A stretch of 64,000 nt of DNA from a virus. Its lineage: Duplodnaviria > Caudoviricetes. The stretch's first letter is position 1. The number at the start of each line of letters is the position of its first letter. A program made the position numbers and the translations under genes. The notes beneath the pieces are model-generated. The model saw nothing but the letters and a program-made list of their open reading frames with translations. It searched no databases and was not told the DNA's origin. The stretch covers positions 1,904 through 65,903 of the IMG/VR virus record IMGVR_UViG_3300020465_000013; one strand, 5' to 3'. Shown piece after piece: positions 19,901 to 29,284 of this stretch.

Positions 19901-20272
19901 GTGTTAAAGACTGCATACGCTGCTTCTGCACTTGCCTTAGTGCTAGCTCCAGCAACATTTGCTGGCCCTTATCTCAATGTCGAAACTAATGCTAGTTGGA
20001 CAGATAAGAAATATACAAACGCTACTACCGACGTTCACGTTGGTTACGCAGGTGCTAATGATACTGGTAAGGTTTCTTACTACTTACAAGGTGGACCAGC
20101 ATTCGTAGCTGTTAAAGATCAAGATTCTGAGACTCGTTTGTCAGGAAAAGCTGGTGGAAGCATTGCTATCACTGAAGCTACTGATGTTTACGGTGAAGTT
20201 TCTTTCCTTACAGGTGAAGAGAAAGAAGATTTCGGTACAGGTGGAAAGGTAGGAGTTAAGTACAGCTTCTAG
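19901..20272 (+). CDS. Exported small beta-barrel outer-membrane-like protein of picocyanobacterial type
   Basis: Signal peptide, AGPYLNVETN, YLQGGP, C-terminal KVGVKYSF. Confidence 0.65.
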   Translation: MLKTAYAASALALVLAPATFAGPYLNVETNASWTDKKYTNATTDVHVGYAGANDTGKVSYYLQGGPAFVAVKDQDSETRLSGKAGGSIAITEATDVYGEVSFLTGEEKEDFGTGGKVGVKYSF

Positions 20273-20339
20273 TCGTAATCAGGATCCTAGGACTTATTAC
20301 TATATAGAATAGGTAATGAGTCTTAGTTCCTATTTGTAG

Positions 20340-20981
20340 ATGTCGGCATCAATAAAAAGACATGCTGGGATGGATCCCCAGTTGCTGGCTTTATTAGCGG
20401 CTTCTTCCTTAACAGGAGCAGGTACTAGTGCTGTCGGTGTAGCCGATTGGTTCATGGGTGATTCTAAGGCATGGAACTCCGGTGAAATTCCTTTAAATTA
20501 TTTAATTGCCATGATGCCTGCCATGGGTGTGGCAGCAGGACGAGGAGCATATACATTAGCTGACCCAGTATTAAGAGAACAGTTTTTAAATGAGTGGGCA
20601 GAATTAACAAGAAAAAATCCAGATGGTACTATTCCTAAAAAAGGAACTTACAGTGATGCAGGGCCATTTAAACATGGCAAATATGGTTTTGATTTAGATC
20701 CACAAGGTTTTGGTTATGAAGTTAGAAGACCTGTTGATATAGATAGTATTCCTAATCCTGATAATCCTGGAGTTTCACCTAACAGAGTTAAGAGAGCAGC
20801 TGCTGGTTTACCTAATGCTTATTCTGTTAACGACTATGTAACGGCTAATCAAGGTGTATTAAATAGAGCTAACAAGAGAAGAGCAGGAGCCGCGTTGATT
20901 GGAGCTTTACTCGGAGCAGGAGTCGCTATACCTAAATTCAGAGATGACGACGGAAACAACGCCCCATTACCTCCTGTATAA
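20340..20981 (+). CDS. Hypothetical protein with hydrophobic Gly/Ala segments
   Basis: 213-aa ORF preceded by TAGAAT. Confidence 0.55.
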   Translation: MSASIKRHAGMDPQLLALLAASSLTGAGTSAVGVADWFMGDSKAWNSGEIPLNYLIAMMPAMGVAAGRGAYTLADPVLREQFLNEWAELTRKNPDGTIPKKGTYSDAGPFKHGKYGFDLDPQGFGYEVRRPVDIDSIPNPDNPGVSPNRVKRAAAGLPNAYSVNDYVTANQGVLNRANKRRAGAALIGALLGAGVAIPKFRDDDGNNAPLPPV

Positions 20982-20983
20982 CA

Positions 20984-21340
20984 ATGGAACTCGCTGGCAA
21001 AAAACTGGGACTTACCCCAACAACTGTTGGAGATATTGCCCAAGCAACACAAGAAGGCAAATCTGCTGAGAACGTCAACATGTTCACTCAGGCTATGAAA
21101 GCTCTGAGTTCTTTTTTTGGACCTAGAGAAGGTGAATTCAATACTGGAACAGGCGTTCAACCAGAAGGAATGCATCCTTACCAAAAGGAACTCTTGTTGC
21201 AAAGACAGATGCAGGAAGCGAGAGAGGAGGCTAAGAGGAAATCAGAATTGGCGCCAGGAATAAGTGATCTTCTTTATAGAGGTAACACAGGATTACAAAA
21301 AACCGATCGTTTATATTCAGGTGAGGGCTGGGGACCTTAA
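20984..21340 (+). CDS. Hypothetical protein
   Basis: Tightly packed operon ORF. Confidence 0.55.
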   Translation: MELAGKKLGLTPTTVGDIAQATQEGKSAENVNMFTQAMKALSSFFGPREGEFNTGTGVQPEGMHPYQKELLLQRQMQEAREEAKRKSELAPGISDLLYRGNTGLQKTDRLYSGEGWGP

Positions 21341-22059
21341 TGCCTAAGCGGATTAGCAAAGAAGAATTTGACGCTCTTTTTGGCAATAAAAGAAAAAGAG
21401 ATGCTGGAGGCTACGAGGATCCTTCTCGTGAGAAAGAAGAGTGGGGTACATCGGAAAGATGGAGAAGAGGTAATGATAAAGCAAGAAGGAAAGAAAACGA
21501 TGTACCTCCTGAGCTCTTAAGAAGAGAAAAATATGCTAATTCCGTCATAGAAAATGAGGGTGAGATTGCACCTGGATTTCAAACTGATGCTCAAAAGGCT
21601 TACATAGCTGCAGAGCTATTAAAAGCTCATAAAGCTGGAATTGTCAAAGCTCAAGCTAGTCCACCTCCTCCAACAGACATATTAAATGCACCGAAGCCAA
21701 CCAGTGCTACAGGAGACCCATGGTTGGACGGTCCTTCTTCTAGTCCTCAAGATTACTTTAATATTCGACGATCTGTAGATAGGACTGATCCATGGGGCGG
21801 AGGAAGTGTACCTCCTAATCAGGTTCCTCCTAGTTCTAGACAGCCATATATTCATCCTGAGGATTTGCAATTAGCAATTCGAATGCTTAATGAAGCTCAA
21901 GGAGCTCAATCACCCACTGGCAATCGACTGGGTATGAAGTTTTCGCCTGAATTATTAGCTGCCTTATTAGTACCCTCTGCTGTAGTATCACCTCTAGTCC
22001 TTGATGAAATAGGAAAACCGAAAGAAATTTATGAAAAAGCCTTACAAAAAACTTATTAA
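21340..22059 (+). CDS. Hypothetical Pro-rich protein
   Basis: TAATG coupling. Confidence 0.55.
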   Translation: MPKRISKEEFDALFGNKRKRDAGGYEDPSREKEEWGTSERWRRGNDKARRKENDVPPELLRREKYANSVIENEGEIAPGFQTDAQKAYIAAELLKAHKAGIVKAQASPPPPTDILNAPKPTSATGDPWLDGPSSSPQDYFNIRRSVDRTDPWGGGSVPPNQVPPSSRQPYIHPEDLQLAIRMLNEAQGAQSPTGNRLGMKFSPELLAALLVPSAVVSPLVLDEIGKPKEIYEKALQKTY

Positions 22060-22156
22060 ACTAAGCAAAAAAGCCGAGCAATGTTCTACTAGAGAAGAGG
22101 CTCAACTTCTCATTAAAAAAGCCAGTAAATGGCATAAAAAATTACAATCAATTTAA
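22031..22156 (+). CDS. Small basic protein (41 aa, not in ORF track)
   Basis: MKKPYKKLIKLSKKAEQCSTREEAQLLIKKA...; stop overlaps the next ATG. Confidence 0.5.
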   Translation: MKKPYKKLIKLSKKAEQCSTREEAQLLIKKASKWHKKLQSI

Positions 22157-22329
22157 TGAATTTTTACAGTGATCCAGCAGCTTTTCAGCTTGCTATTCTA
22201 TTTCCGTTTATTCCGTTAATTTGCGTAGGAATTGTGACTTTCGCTTTAGGTTATGAAATGCGTGATGATAACGATGATGATGACGATGATCGAGGTACTT
22301 TAGTTCCTGTAATGTATCCTGCGTCTTAA
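22156..22329 (+). CDS. Small membrane protein with acidic tail (57 aa, not in ORF track)
   Basis: MNFYSDPAAFQLAILFPFIPLICVGIVTFALGYEMRDDNDDDDDDRGTLVPVMYPAS. Confidence 0.65.
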   Translation: MNFYSDPAAFQLAILFPFIPLICVGIVTFALGYEMRDDNDDDDDDRGTLVPVMYPAS

Positions 22330-22475
22330 TCGTCAACAGGTTTAAAAACTTCTACAAATGCATGACATTTAGGGCATGTCAGGATTGTTACGATAGACCA
22401 TTCATCCATTAGATTGGGATCAACTGTTTTGTCTGGGCCGCGATTCAAAGGAGTATTGCAATAAAGACAGTTCAT
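22326..22475 (-). CDS. Small Zn-ribbon protein (49 aa, not in ORF track)
   Basis: MNCLYC...LTCPKCHAFVEV, with two CxxC pairs. Confidence 0.65.
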   Translation of the reverse strand: MNCLYCNTPLNRGPDKTVDPNLMDEWSIVTILTCPKCHAFVEVFKPVDD

Positions 22476-22516
22476 ATTTTAAAAAGCCTAATATTAATGT
22501 AGCGGTTTAACACTAC

Positions 22517-22957
22517 ATGGCTACTGAAGCTCAAATTCAGCCTCCTGCAGAGGTAAAAAAGAAAGGTGTCTTTCAGCACTTGAAAGAGAAGTTAGACGAT
22601 AAAGAAGAACAATTTGAGTACATCTCAGTACTCGTGAGATTGGTAGTAGTTGCGTGGTCCGGGGCATTAGTGACCTTAAATTATTTGCCAGAAATTCCTG
22701 GATTGACGTCAGGGGAAAAGCAGGATATAACTTTTCCGGCTTCTCTCCTGGCTTCGTCGCTTGCAAGTTTTGGCCTGGATAAGAGTGCCAAGAAGAAAGG
22801 TGATGGAACGTATGACGCTAGTGGAGACGATAAGCCTTTAAGTAAAAAAGAGATGTTGGCTTTGATGAATACAGGGGGTGGTTTCCAAACAATTCGTGTA
22901 GAGACTCCTATTAAAATATTGGGAGCAGATGTAATTGATTCTTCTAAGAAATCATGA
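22517..22957 (+). CDS. Membrane protein (holin-like candidate)
   Basis: Two hydrophobic segments and a charged C-terminus. Confidence 0.45.
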   Translation: MATEAQIQPPAEVKKKGVFQHLKEKLDDKEEQFEYISVLVRLVVVAWSGALVTLNYLPEIPGLTSGEKQDITFPASLLASSLASFGLDKSAKKKGDGTYDASGDDKPLSKKEMLALMNTGGGFQTIRVETPIKILGADVIDSSKKS

Positions 22958-23166
22958 CTTGCGACAATCCTTCACACGTAGACGCTTCTCAAGAGACTCG
23001 TCTCACAGTACAAGCTCTTAAGATCGAAAGATTAGAGGAGAAGCAAGACGAGTTACGTGAACGTCTTAAGGCTGTAGAGAAGTGGGTGATAGGTGCGGCA
23101 GCAGTACTAGCAGCCGGAGTAACCTTGATAGGTTTTGCTACTAATATATCGAAGGCATATTTATGA
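22954..23166 (+). CDS. Coiled-coil plus single-TM protein
   Basis: RLEEKQDELRERLKAVEKW followed by a hydrophobic helix. Confidence 0.55.
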   Translation: MTCDNPSHVDASQETRLTVQALKIERLEEKQDELRERLKAVEKWVIGAAAVLAAGVTLIGFATNISKAYL

Positions 23167-23351
23167 TCGAAAAAACAGTAGACCCACAATTAATTTTTTT
23201 TATAGGTAGCTTAGTAACCATTCTTTTGGGTGCTATAAGCTACGGAATTTACTTGACTCTTGGAAGTGGATCTAAAGATTTAAGAGATCCTATTGATGAA
23301 CATGCCAAGATGCACGAGTTGGGTATAGCTCACGGACATCGAAAAAAATAA
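23163..23351 (+). CDS. psbN: PsbN-like protein
   Basis: TM helix followed by YGIYLTLGSGSKDLRDPIDEH, matching the PsbN signature Y..Y..FG..S..LRDPFEEH. Confidence 0.8.
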   Translation: MIEKTVDPQLIFFIGSLVTILLGAISYGIYLTLGSGSKDLRDPIDEHAKMHELGIAHGHRKK

Positions 23352-23387
23352 TTACCTACTATAAGTAGAGACGTCTGAATTTTTCCC

Positions 23388-23918
23388 ATGAAGCGCGTAG
23401 TATTACCAGCGCTGTTGATTACATCCCTTGCAGCACCTGCGATGGCAGACATAACGCATAGTCTGAGTTCTTCGGTACAGCTGACTGTGGATGGCGCTAG
23501 CTCAGTTGCAACAAGGCTGGGTTCGACTTACGCGGTTAGCGGCACAAATATTAAAGTTGGCACCGGTAATAACGATGTTTTTGGTGGATTAACCGCTGGA
23601 TCGGCTACGGCAGCAGCCACAATTAAGGCCGGGACCTACGTGCAAAATACCCCCGGAAATCAGTTCAGTTTTTCAGAAAGTTGGCTACAAGGGGACGCTA
23701 TACCTGGTATTAACGCCGGTTCAACTGTGTCATCAACAACCGGACAAGTCGCATCTATTCCGGCGTTTGGATCGACTACGACTTTTGCTGGGGGAACAAA
23801 AGGTACGTTAGCTGGTGGAGTCTCAAGTTTAGCTGGTGGAACAATAACTTCATTAACAGCCGGTGGATCAGGTACAACGGCGATTGGACAATTTATATCT
23901 ACTCTTAATGTGAAGTAG
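23388..23918 (+). CDS. Exported Gly/Ser/Thr-rich protein
   Basis: Signal peptide ending APAMA, then DITH. Confidence 0.65.
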   Translation: MKRVVLPALLITSLAAPAMADITHSLSSSVQLTVDGASSVATRLGSTYAVSGTNIKVGTGNNDVFGGLTAGSATAAATIKAGTYVQNTPGNQFSFSESWLQGDAIPGINAGSTVSSTTGQVASIPAFGSTTTFAGGTKGTLAGGVSSLAGGTITSLTAGGSGTTAIGQFISTLNVK

Positions 23919-23970
23919 ATGAGCCATGTATTCAGCGTTCGAGAGACCGGCTGCCCTGATTGCTGGCGTA

Positions 23971-24411
23971 ATGTGGAAATCAAAGTTTGCTGTACTTGCG
24001 GTGGCTGCTCTTGCCACACCTGCAAATGCGGTCCCAGTAGTACCGAATTTTTCATCCGGCCAGCTTACTCAGACTACGACATCGCGGTCTGTGATATCTG
24101 AGTCGATAGTATCAGAAGATTTTGCGACAGGCTGGCAATACACTGTGTCCGGCACAGGGATTTCTCTAAATGGTGCATCTATTGAACCATCTGCCATAAT
24201 CAATACAAATACAACTGCCGCGTCAGGAATAACTACCAAATGGACAGGCTTAGACGTGAACAACAAGCCAAATTGGACTCTGACAAATCCAGGGGGATCA
24301 TTCCAATTTCAATCCAGTTACTCCGGACCCGGACTCCAGAATCGCACGACCATAACGAGGACCATAGAAACGGACACAACGATAGAATCGGTTTCCGTAT
24401 TTTCTCAGTGA
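23971..24411 (+). CDS. Exported Ser/Thr-rich protein
   Basis: Signal peptide ending PANA, then VPVVPNF. Confidence 0.65.
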   Translation: MWKSKFAVLAVAALATPANAVPVVPNFSSGQLTQTTTSRSVISESIVSEDFATGWQYTVSGTGISLNGASIEPSAIINTNTTAASGITTKWTGLDVNNKPNWTLTNPGGSFQFQSSYSGPGLQNRTTITRTIETDTTIESVSVFSQ

Positions 24412-25253
24412 TACCAAGGGTTCTTAGCGTTTTAATGCTATTTCCTTTTTGTCCTATCGTCAAGGCAAGTGACGTAGGAGGAATCTCTGCTACCTCTAAT
24501 CCGGTCGCTAATTCATCCGGTCAAGCGAATGTCAACGCATACCAAGTGTTGACAGGAAATTTCATGCAATCAGGTTTTACTAATGGTGTTGTTTGCCAAT
24601 CTGAGACATTAACAATATCTCCTTACGTTGGTCGTTCTGCAAATATTAAAGAACCTTTTTTCGAAACTTACGAAGATCCAGTATACGATGTTCGAGATTT
24701 AGATGGTGATGGTGCTCCTGATAATCCTGGAGATATCTTGTGGTACAAAACAGTACAAACCCTGCAGAAAGATAACTACTCCTTAAACATGGGAGTCACG
24801 GCTCAATGGAGTCGGCCACTAGATAAGGAGATGATGTCTCTTTGTAAGGATGCTGCTGCTACTGAAATCGCTTTAAGAAAGGCGACATTGAATTTACGAG
24901 TCTTAGATTATGAAATTTCTCGTCTCAAGCATTGTGGCAATTTAGCTAAGGAGGGCATTGTATGGGATCCGACCAGCAAATACAAAGTGATATGTGAGGA
25001 CGTTTTATTAACTTCGCCTCCCGGAGTGTTATTAAATCACAGTCATTCAATTGATCCTATTACTTTCGATTCTTCCTCTGCTCAATCATCCTCTCTCGAA
25101 CAGACAGGATCTTCTCAGGTTTCTTCAGAATCTTCTTTAGAACAGTCTTCGTCACTTTCTTCGCAAGAGGCTTCACAACCTTCATTAAGTACTGTTGAAG
25201 AGGTTGGCCCACTAGGGCCACCCCTAGAGTTGCGCCTACAGCTATCGAAGTAG
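24408..25253 (+). CDS. Exported protein with Dx[DN]xDG Ca-binding-like loop
   Basis: GTG overlapping the upstream stop gives a signal peptide; contains DLDGDGAPDNPG. Confidence 0.6.
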   Translation: MIPRVLSVLMLFPFCPIVKASDVGGISATSNPVANSSGQANVNAYQVLTGNFMQSGFTNGVVCQSETLTISPYVGRSANIKEPFFETYEDPVYDVRDLDGDGAPDNPGDILWYKTVQTLQKDNYSLNMGVTAQWSRPLDKEMMSLCKDAAATEIALRKATLNLRVLDYEISRLKHCGNLAKEGIVWDPTSKYKVICEDVLLTSPPGVLLNHSHSIDPITFDSSSAQSSSLEQTGSSQVSSESSLEQSSSLSSQEASQPSLSTVEEVGPLGPPLELRLQLSK

Positions 25254-25872
25254 TATTTAGGATGGTCGCCGGAGGGGGCGTGTAGTTGTTGATGACATTG
25301 AGCAAAGCAATATCCTCGTACAACGTAATACATTCGCCTTCAGAGTTCTTCTCGTAGCCTTTTACAACCTTCGTACCATACTTACCGTATGCTCCCGGCG
25401 GGGGACTTCCTGGTCTGGGACAGGGAAGATCAATGTCAACAGAGTTAATGGCATTAACATCGAGACCAGGAAGATCAGAGACTTGACTTGCTCCCTCTGT
25501 ATTGGATTCATCTGTTTCATTTTCGTTATCCTTAGATTTCGTATTTCCTAAACCACTGACGGCTCCCAAATTAGGAGTAGTGTCCATTGGAATAACTACT
25601 AATTCTTTGCTTGGATCAAACTCAGGGGGATTGAAGTAGGGCATACCTGGCCCTGTACATAGCGTGAGGGTTCCTTGAGGATCGTCTTCTATTAATTTGT
25701 TATTACCTTGTGTCTCTCTAGCTTCAACGCAACCAGGCATCTCTACGGTTGGGAAGCCTATCTGCAGAGTCACAGGAGGGGCTTGAGGAATGCTTAAAGG
25801 TAAATCAATTGCCCACGTCGGTACCTGTGGAACGTATATCTCCCTGACTCCTATCCGAGGGACTGAACCCAC
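25060..25872 (-). CDS. Hypothetical membrane-anchored protein
   Basis: Paired Cys, C-terminal TM and basic tail; convergent overlap with the previous gene. Confidence 0.6.
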   Translation of the reverse strand: MGSVPRIGVREIYVPQVPTWAIDLPLSIPQAPPVTLQIGFPTVEMPGCVEARETQGNNKLIEDDPQGTLTLCTGPGMPYFNPPEFDPSKELVVIPMDTTPNLGAVSGLGNTKSKDNENETDESNTEGASQVSDLPGLDVNAINSVDIDLPCPRPGSPPPGAYGKYGTKVVKGYEKNSEGECITLYEDIALLNVINNYTPPPATILNTTSIAVGATLGVALVGQPLQQYLMKVVKPLAKKVTKTVLKKILKKPEKILSVRERMIEQRKNRK

Positions 25873-25877
25873 TGATC

Positions 25878-26144
25878 TTACTTATTAACTGGCAGAACGC
25901 CCCCAGTGGTACTAGGAATAGATAAAAAACTGCTAGTGCCACCAGAAGAATTACCACCGAGGCCAGGTAATGCACCCTTGATTTGAGATTCGACCAAAGG
26001 TCCGACTTGTTCAATTAATGCCTTCTTTAATTGTTCTTGAGTTGCTGGAGCTTTGAGATAAAAATAGGCTGCAATAGTTCCACCAACAAGGCTACCTGAT
26101 AACGCTAAGCTTGCTGTCGCGAGAATAGTTGGAAGGTTTTTCAT
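25878..26144 (-). CDS. Small membrane protein
   Basis: N-terminal TM helix. Confidence 0.55.
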   Translation of the reverse strand: MKNLPTILATASLALSGSLVGGTIAAYFYLKAPATQEQLKKALIEQVGPLVESQIKGALPGLGGNSSGGTSSFLSIPSTTGGVLPVNK

Positions 26145-26244
26145 GGTTATTTAGGTGCCACTTCTAATCTTAGGCACTTTTCAGTAGTGAATGCAGAAAA
26201 ATATAGATTTTATTTTTTAGTCTTGGTTTAACCGAAACTTACGA

Positions 26245-26754
26245 TTGACACCAGAACACTGGGGTTCATACGTGTTTAACCTTGTAGACCTGTCTAAAGG
26301 TGCTGCACGAAAAAGGTTTAAACAATCTATCAAAGACGAATGGAGGTGTTGTGCCTATTGCGGAATTAATGACTCTCTTCTGACTATCGACCACTTGAAA
26401 CCTAAAAAACATGGTGGAGATAGTTGCAGAAGAAACCTTGTACCCGCCTGTCGATGCTGTAATACCGACAAAGGATCTCTCATGGATTGGCGTCTGTGGT
26501 ACCAACAACAAGTGTTCTTTTCTAAAGTTCGAGAAAACAGGATTTTGGAATGGATGAAACCAAGACCAATGGAGAATCTTGAATTATGGTATGTAAAAAG
26601 GGAGGAGCATGAGGGACGATCTAACTCAAGAACAGCAGTTCATGCTTCAACGTATCACGTTGGAAATCAAGGATTACTCGAAGGAGGAACTTATAGAAGC
26701 ATTGCTAAGCTGCTGGGAGGCACGATTCAGGCAGAAGCAAATCTTTCTTGCTAG
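26245..26754 (+). CDS. HNH endonuclease
   Basis: CAYCG...TIDHLKP...GG....NLVPACRCCNTDK. Confidence 0.9.
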   Translation: MTPEHWGSYVFNLVDLSKGAARKRFKQSIKDEWRCCAYCGINDSLLTIDHLKPKKHGGDSCRRNLVPACRCCNTDKGSLMDWRLWYQQQVFFSKVRENRILEWMKPRPMENLELWYVKREEHEGRSNSRTAVHASTYHVGNQGLLEGGTYRSIAKLLGGTIQAEANLSC

Positions 26755-26950
26755 TAGTCAAGATGCTGGGTTTTCATTCGCTTTTAATGATGGTATAGCT
26801 GTCATGCCAGAAGCTGCTATTAAAGAATTTGAACAGTCCCATGGCTACAAACCTACGTGGGAAGATGCGGAAGACTACATGGAATCGATTGCAGAGGAGG
26901 CTTGTATGGAGTTAGACATGGAAGCTATTGTTCTTGAACCTGAAGAATAA
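26609..26950 (+). CDS. nblA: NblA-like phycobilisome degradation adaptor with acidic C-terminal extension
   Basis: LTQEQQFMLQRITLEIKDYSKEELIEALL..W...FRQKQIF fits the NblA LSLEQQF helix-loop-helix; GGAGGAG RBS. Confidence 0.6.
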   Translation: MRDDLTQEQQFMLQRITLEIKDYSKEELIEALLSCWEARFRQKQIFLASSQDAGFSFAFNDGIAVMPEAAIKEFEQSHGYKPTWEDAEDYMESIAEEACMELDMEAIVLEPEE

Positions 26951-26984
26951 CTCGTTACACTAATATTCAGATACGTATTTTTCG

Positions 26985-27368
26985 ATGGAAACCCTCATAG
27001 CAGGAGCAGCAGCAGTTTTGGTGGGGATTTTTTCCGGTAGAGCAATTACTCTAAAGCAAGGGGGAAAACAGGGAGTAGCTTCCCATGAACACAACGAATT
27101 GCTTCAAAGGGTTTCAGATATCGAACAAGTCATACCAGCTTTGATTCCTCGCGCTGAAGTGCAAGATGCTATCAATAAGGTTCCTCCTTTAGTGATGGAT
27201 GCTGTAAGGACTGAGATTAATAGCATTGGTTTATCTATGAGTCAGAGACCTGCTCCTTCATCTGGCTTAGGCGGAGTTGATTTAGCTCAAGTCAGAGCCG
27301 ATACTGAAAAGATGAAGCAGTTGAATGAAATGCTCAAGAATTTCGAACAAGCACAGGGCAATGGATAA
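26985..27368 (+). CDS. Membrane-anchored hypothetical protein
   Basis: N-terminal TM and helical body. Confidence 0.55.
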   Translation: METLIAGAAAVLVGIFSGRAITLKQGGKQGVASHEHNELLQRVSDIEQVIPALIPRAEVQDAINKVPPLVMDAVRTEINSIGLSMSQRPAPSSGLGGVDLAQVRADTEKMKQLNEMLKNFEQAQGNG

Positions 27369-28071
27369 TTTATTTAAGACCTATCAAATTGACGATGAAT
27401 CGGCTGACACGATTGAAAAATACATTACAACCAATGTTGATATCCAATGGGGTTATCAAAATAATGTTACTTTTGAACGTCAGCATATAGAAGAACAACA
27501 AAAAGAATATGACAAGTCAATCAAATGGAATTGGTGTCCCGGTTTTAGTTCGAGGTTTGTCCATGAAGGAACAACAAACCCTAGATGCGATACACGGTTT
27601 CCTTTCTACAAAGGATTGCAGTTGCCAACGATAAGAGAAGCAATTGGTGATGCATATAAAGATTATCGTATATGGAGATGTCAGGCATGGATATATCCCT
27701 CTGTTGCAGATGGTTTTAATGTTCCCCATTGTCCTCATGTGGATTTAACTACTAGAAGAAGTAGGTCAGAAGGTTCAAAGTTGTGTGCTGATAGTGAAGA
27801 AACTGGAGAAGGTAATTTAGTAATGCTGTATTACGTGAATGATTGTGATGGAGATAATTATTTTTACAAAATTAAAGATGGATATGAGAATGATGATGAT
27901 GTAAATACAAACTATTACAATCCTAAAAAATTATCATTAGCTCATATTGAGTCTCCTAAAAAAGGTAAATTACTTCTCTTTGATGGTGATACTATTCATG
28001 CCAGTTCTTCTCCTTCTAAAAACTTGAGGATAACTTTGAATATAAATATTTTGCCTCCTAAAGATGATTGA
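27361..28071 (+). CDS. 2OG-Fe(II) oxygenase-like protein
   Basis: PHVD...LYYVNDCDGD...PKKG..LLFDG..IHASSSP...RITLNIN. Confidence 0.8.
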   Translation: MDNLFKTYQIDDESADTIEKYITTNVDIQWGYQNNVTFERQHIEEQQKEYDKSIKWNWCPGFSSRFVHEGTTNPRCDTRFPFYKGLQLPTIREAIGDAYKDYRIWRCQAWIYPSVADGFNVPHCPHVDLTTRRSRSEGSKLCADSEETGEGNLVMLYYVNDCDGDNYFYKIKDGYENDDDVNTNYYNPKKLSLAHIESPKKGKLLLFDGDTIHASSSPSKNLRITLNINILPPKDD

Positions 28072-28633
28072 ATTACCTTTTCTCCATAACTTCTTTTATA
28101 CTGATATCCCTAGCAATAAAGATGACCTGCTAAATGCAATAGAAAATGGCGAGCTAGATGACAACCAAGAGTTTGAATGGAGTGATAATTGTTCGATCCA
28201 ATTAGAACGATTAAAAAGCAAGGATAATCTTAAATTGTTTATACCTTCTATTAACAATTATTTGAAAGAATTAAACCTTGGAGGCGATAATGTTAAAGTT
28301 CAATTGCATGGCTTATGGAGAAATACGTATCATAAACATTATTTTCAAGAGATTCATGATCACAGTCCTCATCATATTTCTGGAGTTCTTTTCTTAACTG
28401 ACGAACAACCTGGAGATAGTCAATTTTATTTTTTCAACAAACAATATAGTGAAATACCCCATGCTTGGAAACAGTTTAGAAAAGAAGATAGTATTGTTTT
28501 TGGAGGTAGATATTGGATAAGAGCTCAAAGAGGTAGGATCGTTTTATTTCCTTCTTATTTAATGCATGGAGTGACTGTTCATAATTCAGATCATCCTAGG
28601 AAAACAGCTTCATTTAATTTTGATTTTATATAG
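28064..28633 (+). CDS. 2OG-Fe(II) oxygenase (TIGR02466-like)
   Basis: W.N.Y...FQEIHDH...SGV...LFPSYLMHGV...R...SFN. Confidence 0.85.
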   Translation: MIELPFLHNFFYTDIPSNKDDLLNAIENGELDDNQEFEWSDNCSIQLERLKSKDNLKLFIPSINNYLKELNLGGDNVKVQLHGLWRNTYHKHYFQEIHDHSPHHISGVLFLTDEQPGDSQFYFFNKQYSEIPHAWKQFRKEDSIVFGGRYWIRAQRGRIVLFPSYLMHGVTVHNSDHPRKTASFNFDFI

Positions 28634-28636
28634 CCA

Positions 28637-29284
28637 TTAAGTTGGGTTATAAAAACTACACCATCCAGTCGCAATGTATTTATCTCCTTTATTAGGAGTG
28701 ACTCCTTTATGGGGATGAGTCCAATAAGCAGGCCAAACAACAACACGTCCTTCCTTAGGTTGAATAGTTGTAGCTTGATGGGGAAATTCTGTTCCCGATT
28801 GTGCATCATTTAAATACATCATCCAAACCAGCATACGATCTCCAGGTATTGCGTGATTTTCTGCAGAGATTGAGCCTAGGTCTAATTCCTGATTGTTAAT
28901 ATTGTGCCATCTAGAAGCATGTTCACAATGCAAGCCACTGTATCCTTGGCCTTCTGAATAATATTGAATGTTATATCCAGATCTCAAACACCATGAGGCT
29001 ATTTTATTTAGAAATGGATAAGTGATTTTATATCGCTCAATAGCCTCAACAACAGGCGGTAAAAGAATTGTATTGAACTGACGAAATGGTGTATATGGTA
29101 TTTTATTATCAATTTCAGCAAAATCGACATTGAAATCTATCGATTTTTTGGTTTCTGTATCTCTCGAATATATGAAACGATATTTGTCTTGATCTTTAAA
29201 TTGGTTGAAGTATTGAATGACTGATTGGCAAGAATTTGAATCTAACAAATCATCATAAATTGCAATAAAGGATGAATCAGTCAT
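28637..29284 (-). CDS. 2OG-Fe(II) oxygenase
   Basis: NIQYY..GQGY..HCE...RMLVWMMYLND...GTEF...WPAYWTHPHKG...KYIATGW. Confidence 0.85.
   Translation of the reverse strand: MTDSSFIAIYDDLLDSNSCQSVIQYFNQFKDQDKYRFIYSRDTETKKSIDFNVDFAEIDNKIPYTPFRQFNTILLPPVVEAIERYKITYPFLNKIASWCLRSGYNIQYYSEGQGYSGLHCEHASRWHNINNQELDLGSISAENHAIPGDRMLVWMMYLNDAQSGTEFPHQATTIQPKEGRVVVWPAYWTHPHKGVTPNKGDKYIATGWCSFYNPT

Noticed and set aside
20340-22059. Shared short (R/E)LAG or 'M..P.LLA.L' motif among orphan plus-strand proteins
   Set aside because: Too short and too few instances to distinguish from chance by eye.
23919-24101. Cys-rich metallothionein-like ORF
   Set aside because: The Cys codons arise mostly as the shifted frame of the Ala-rich signal peptide of the overlapping gene; no independent support.
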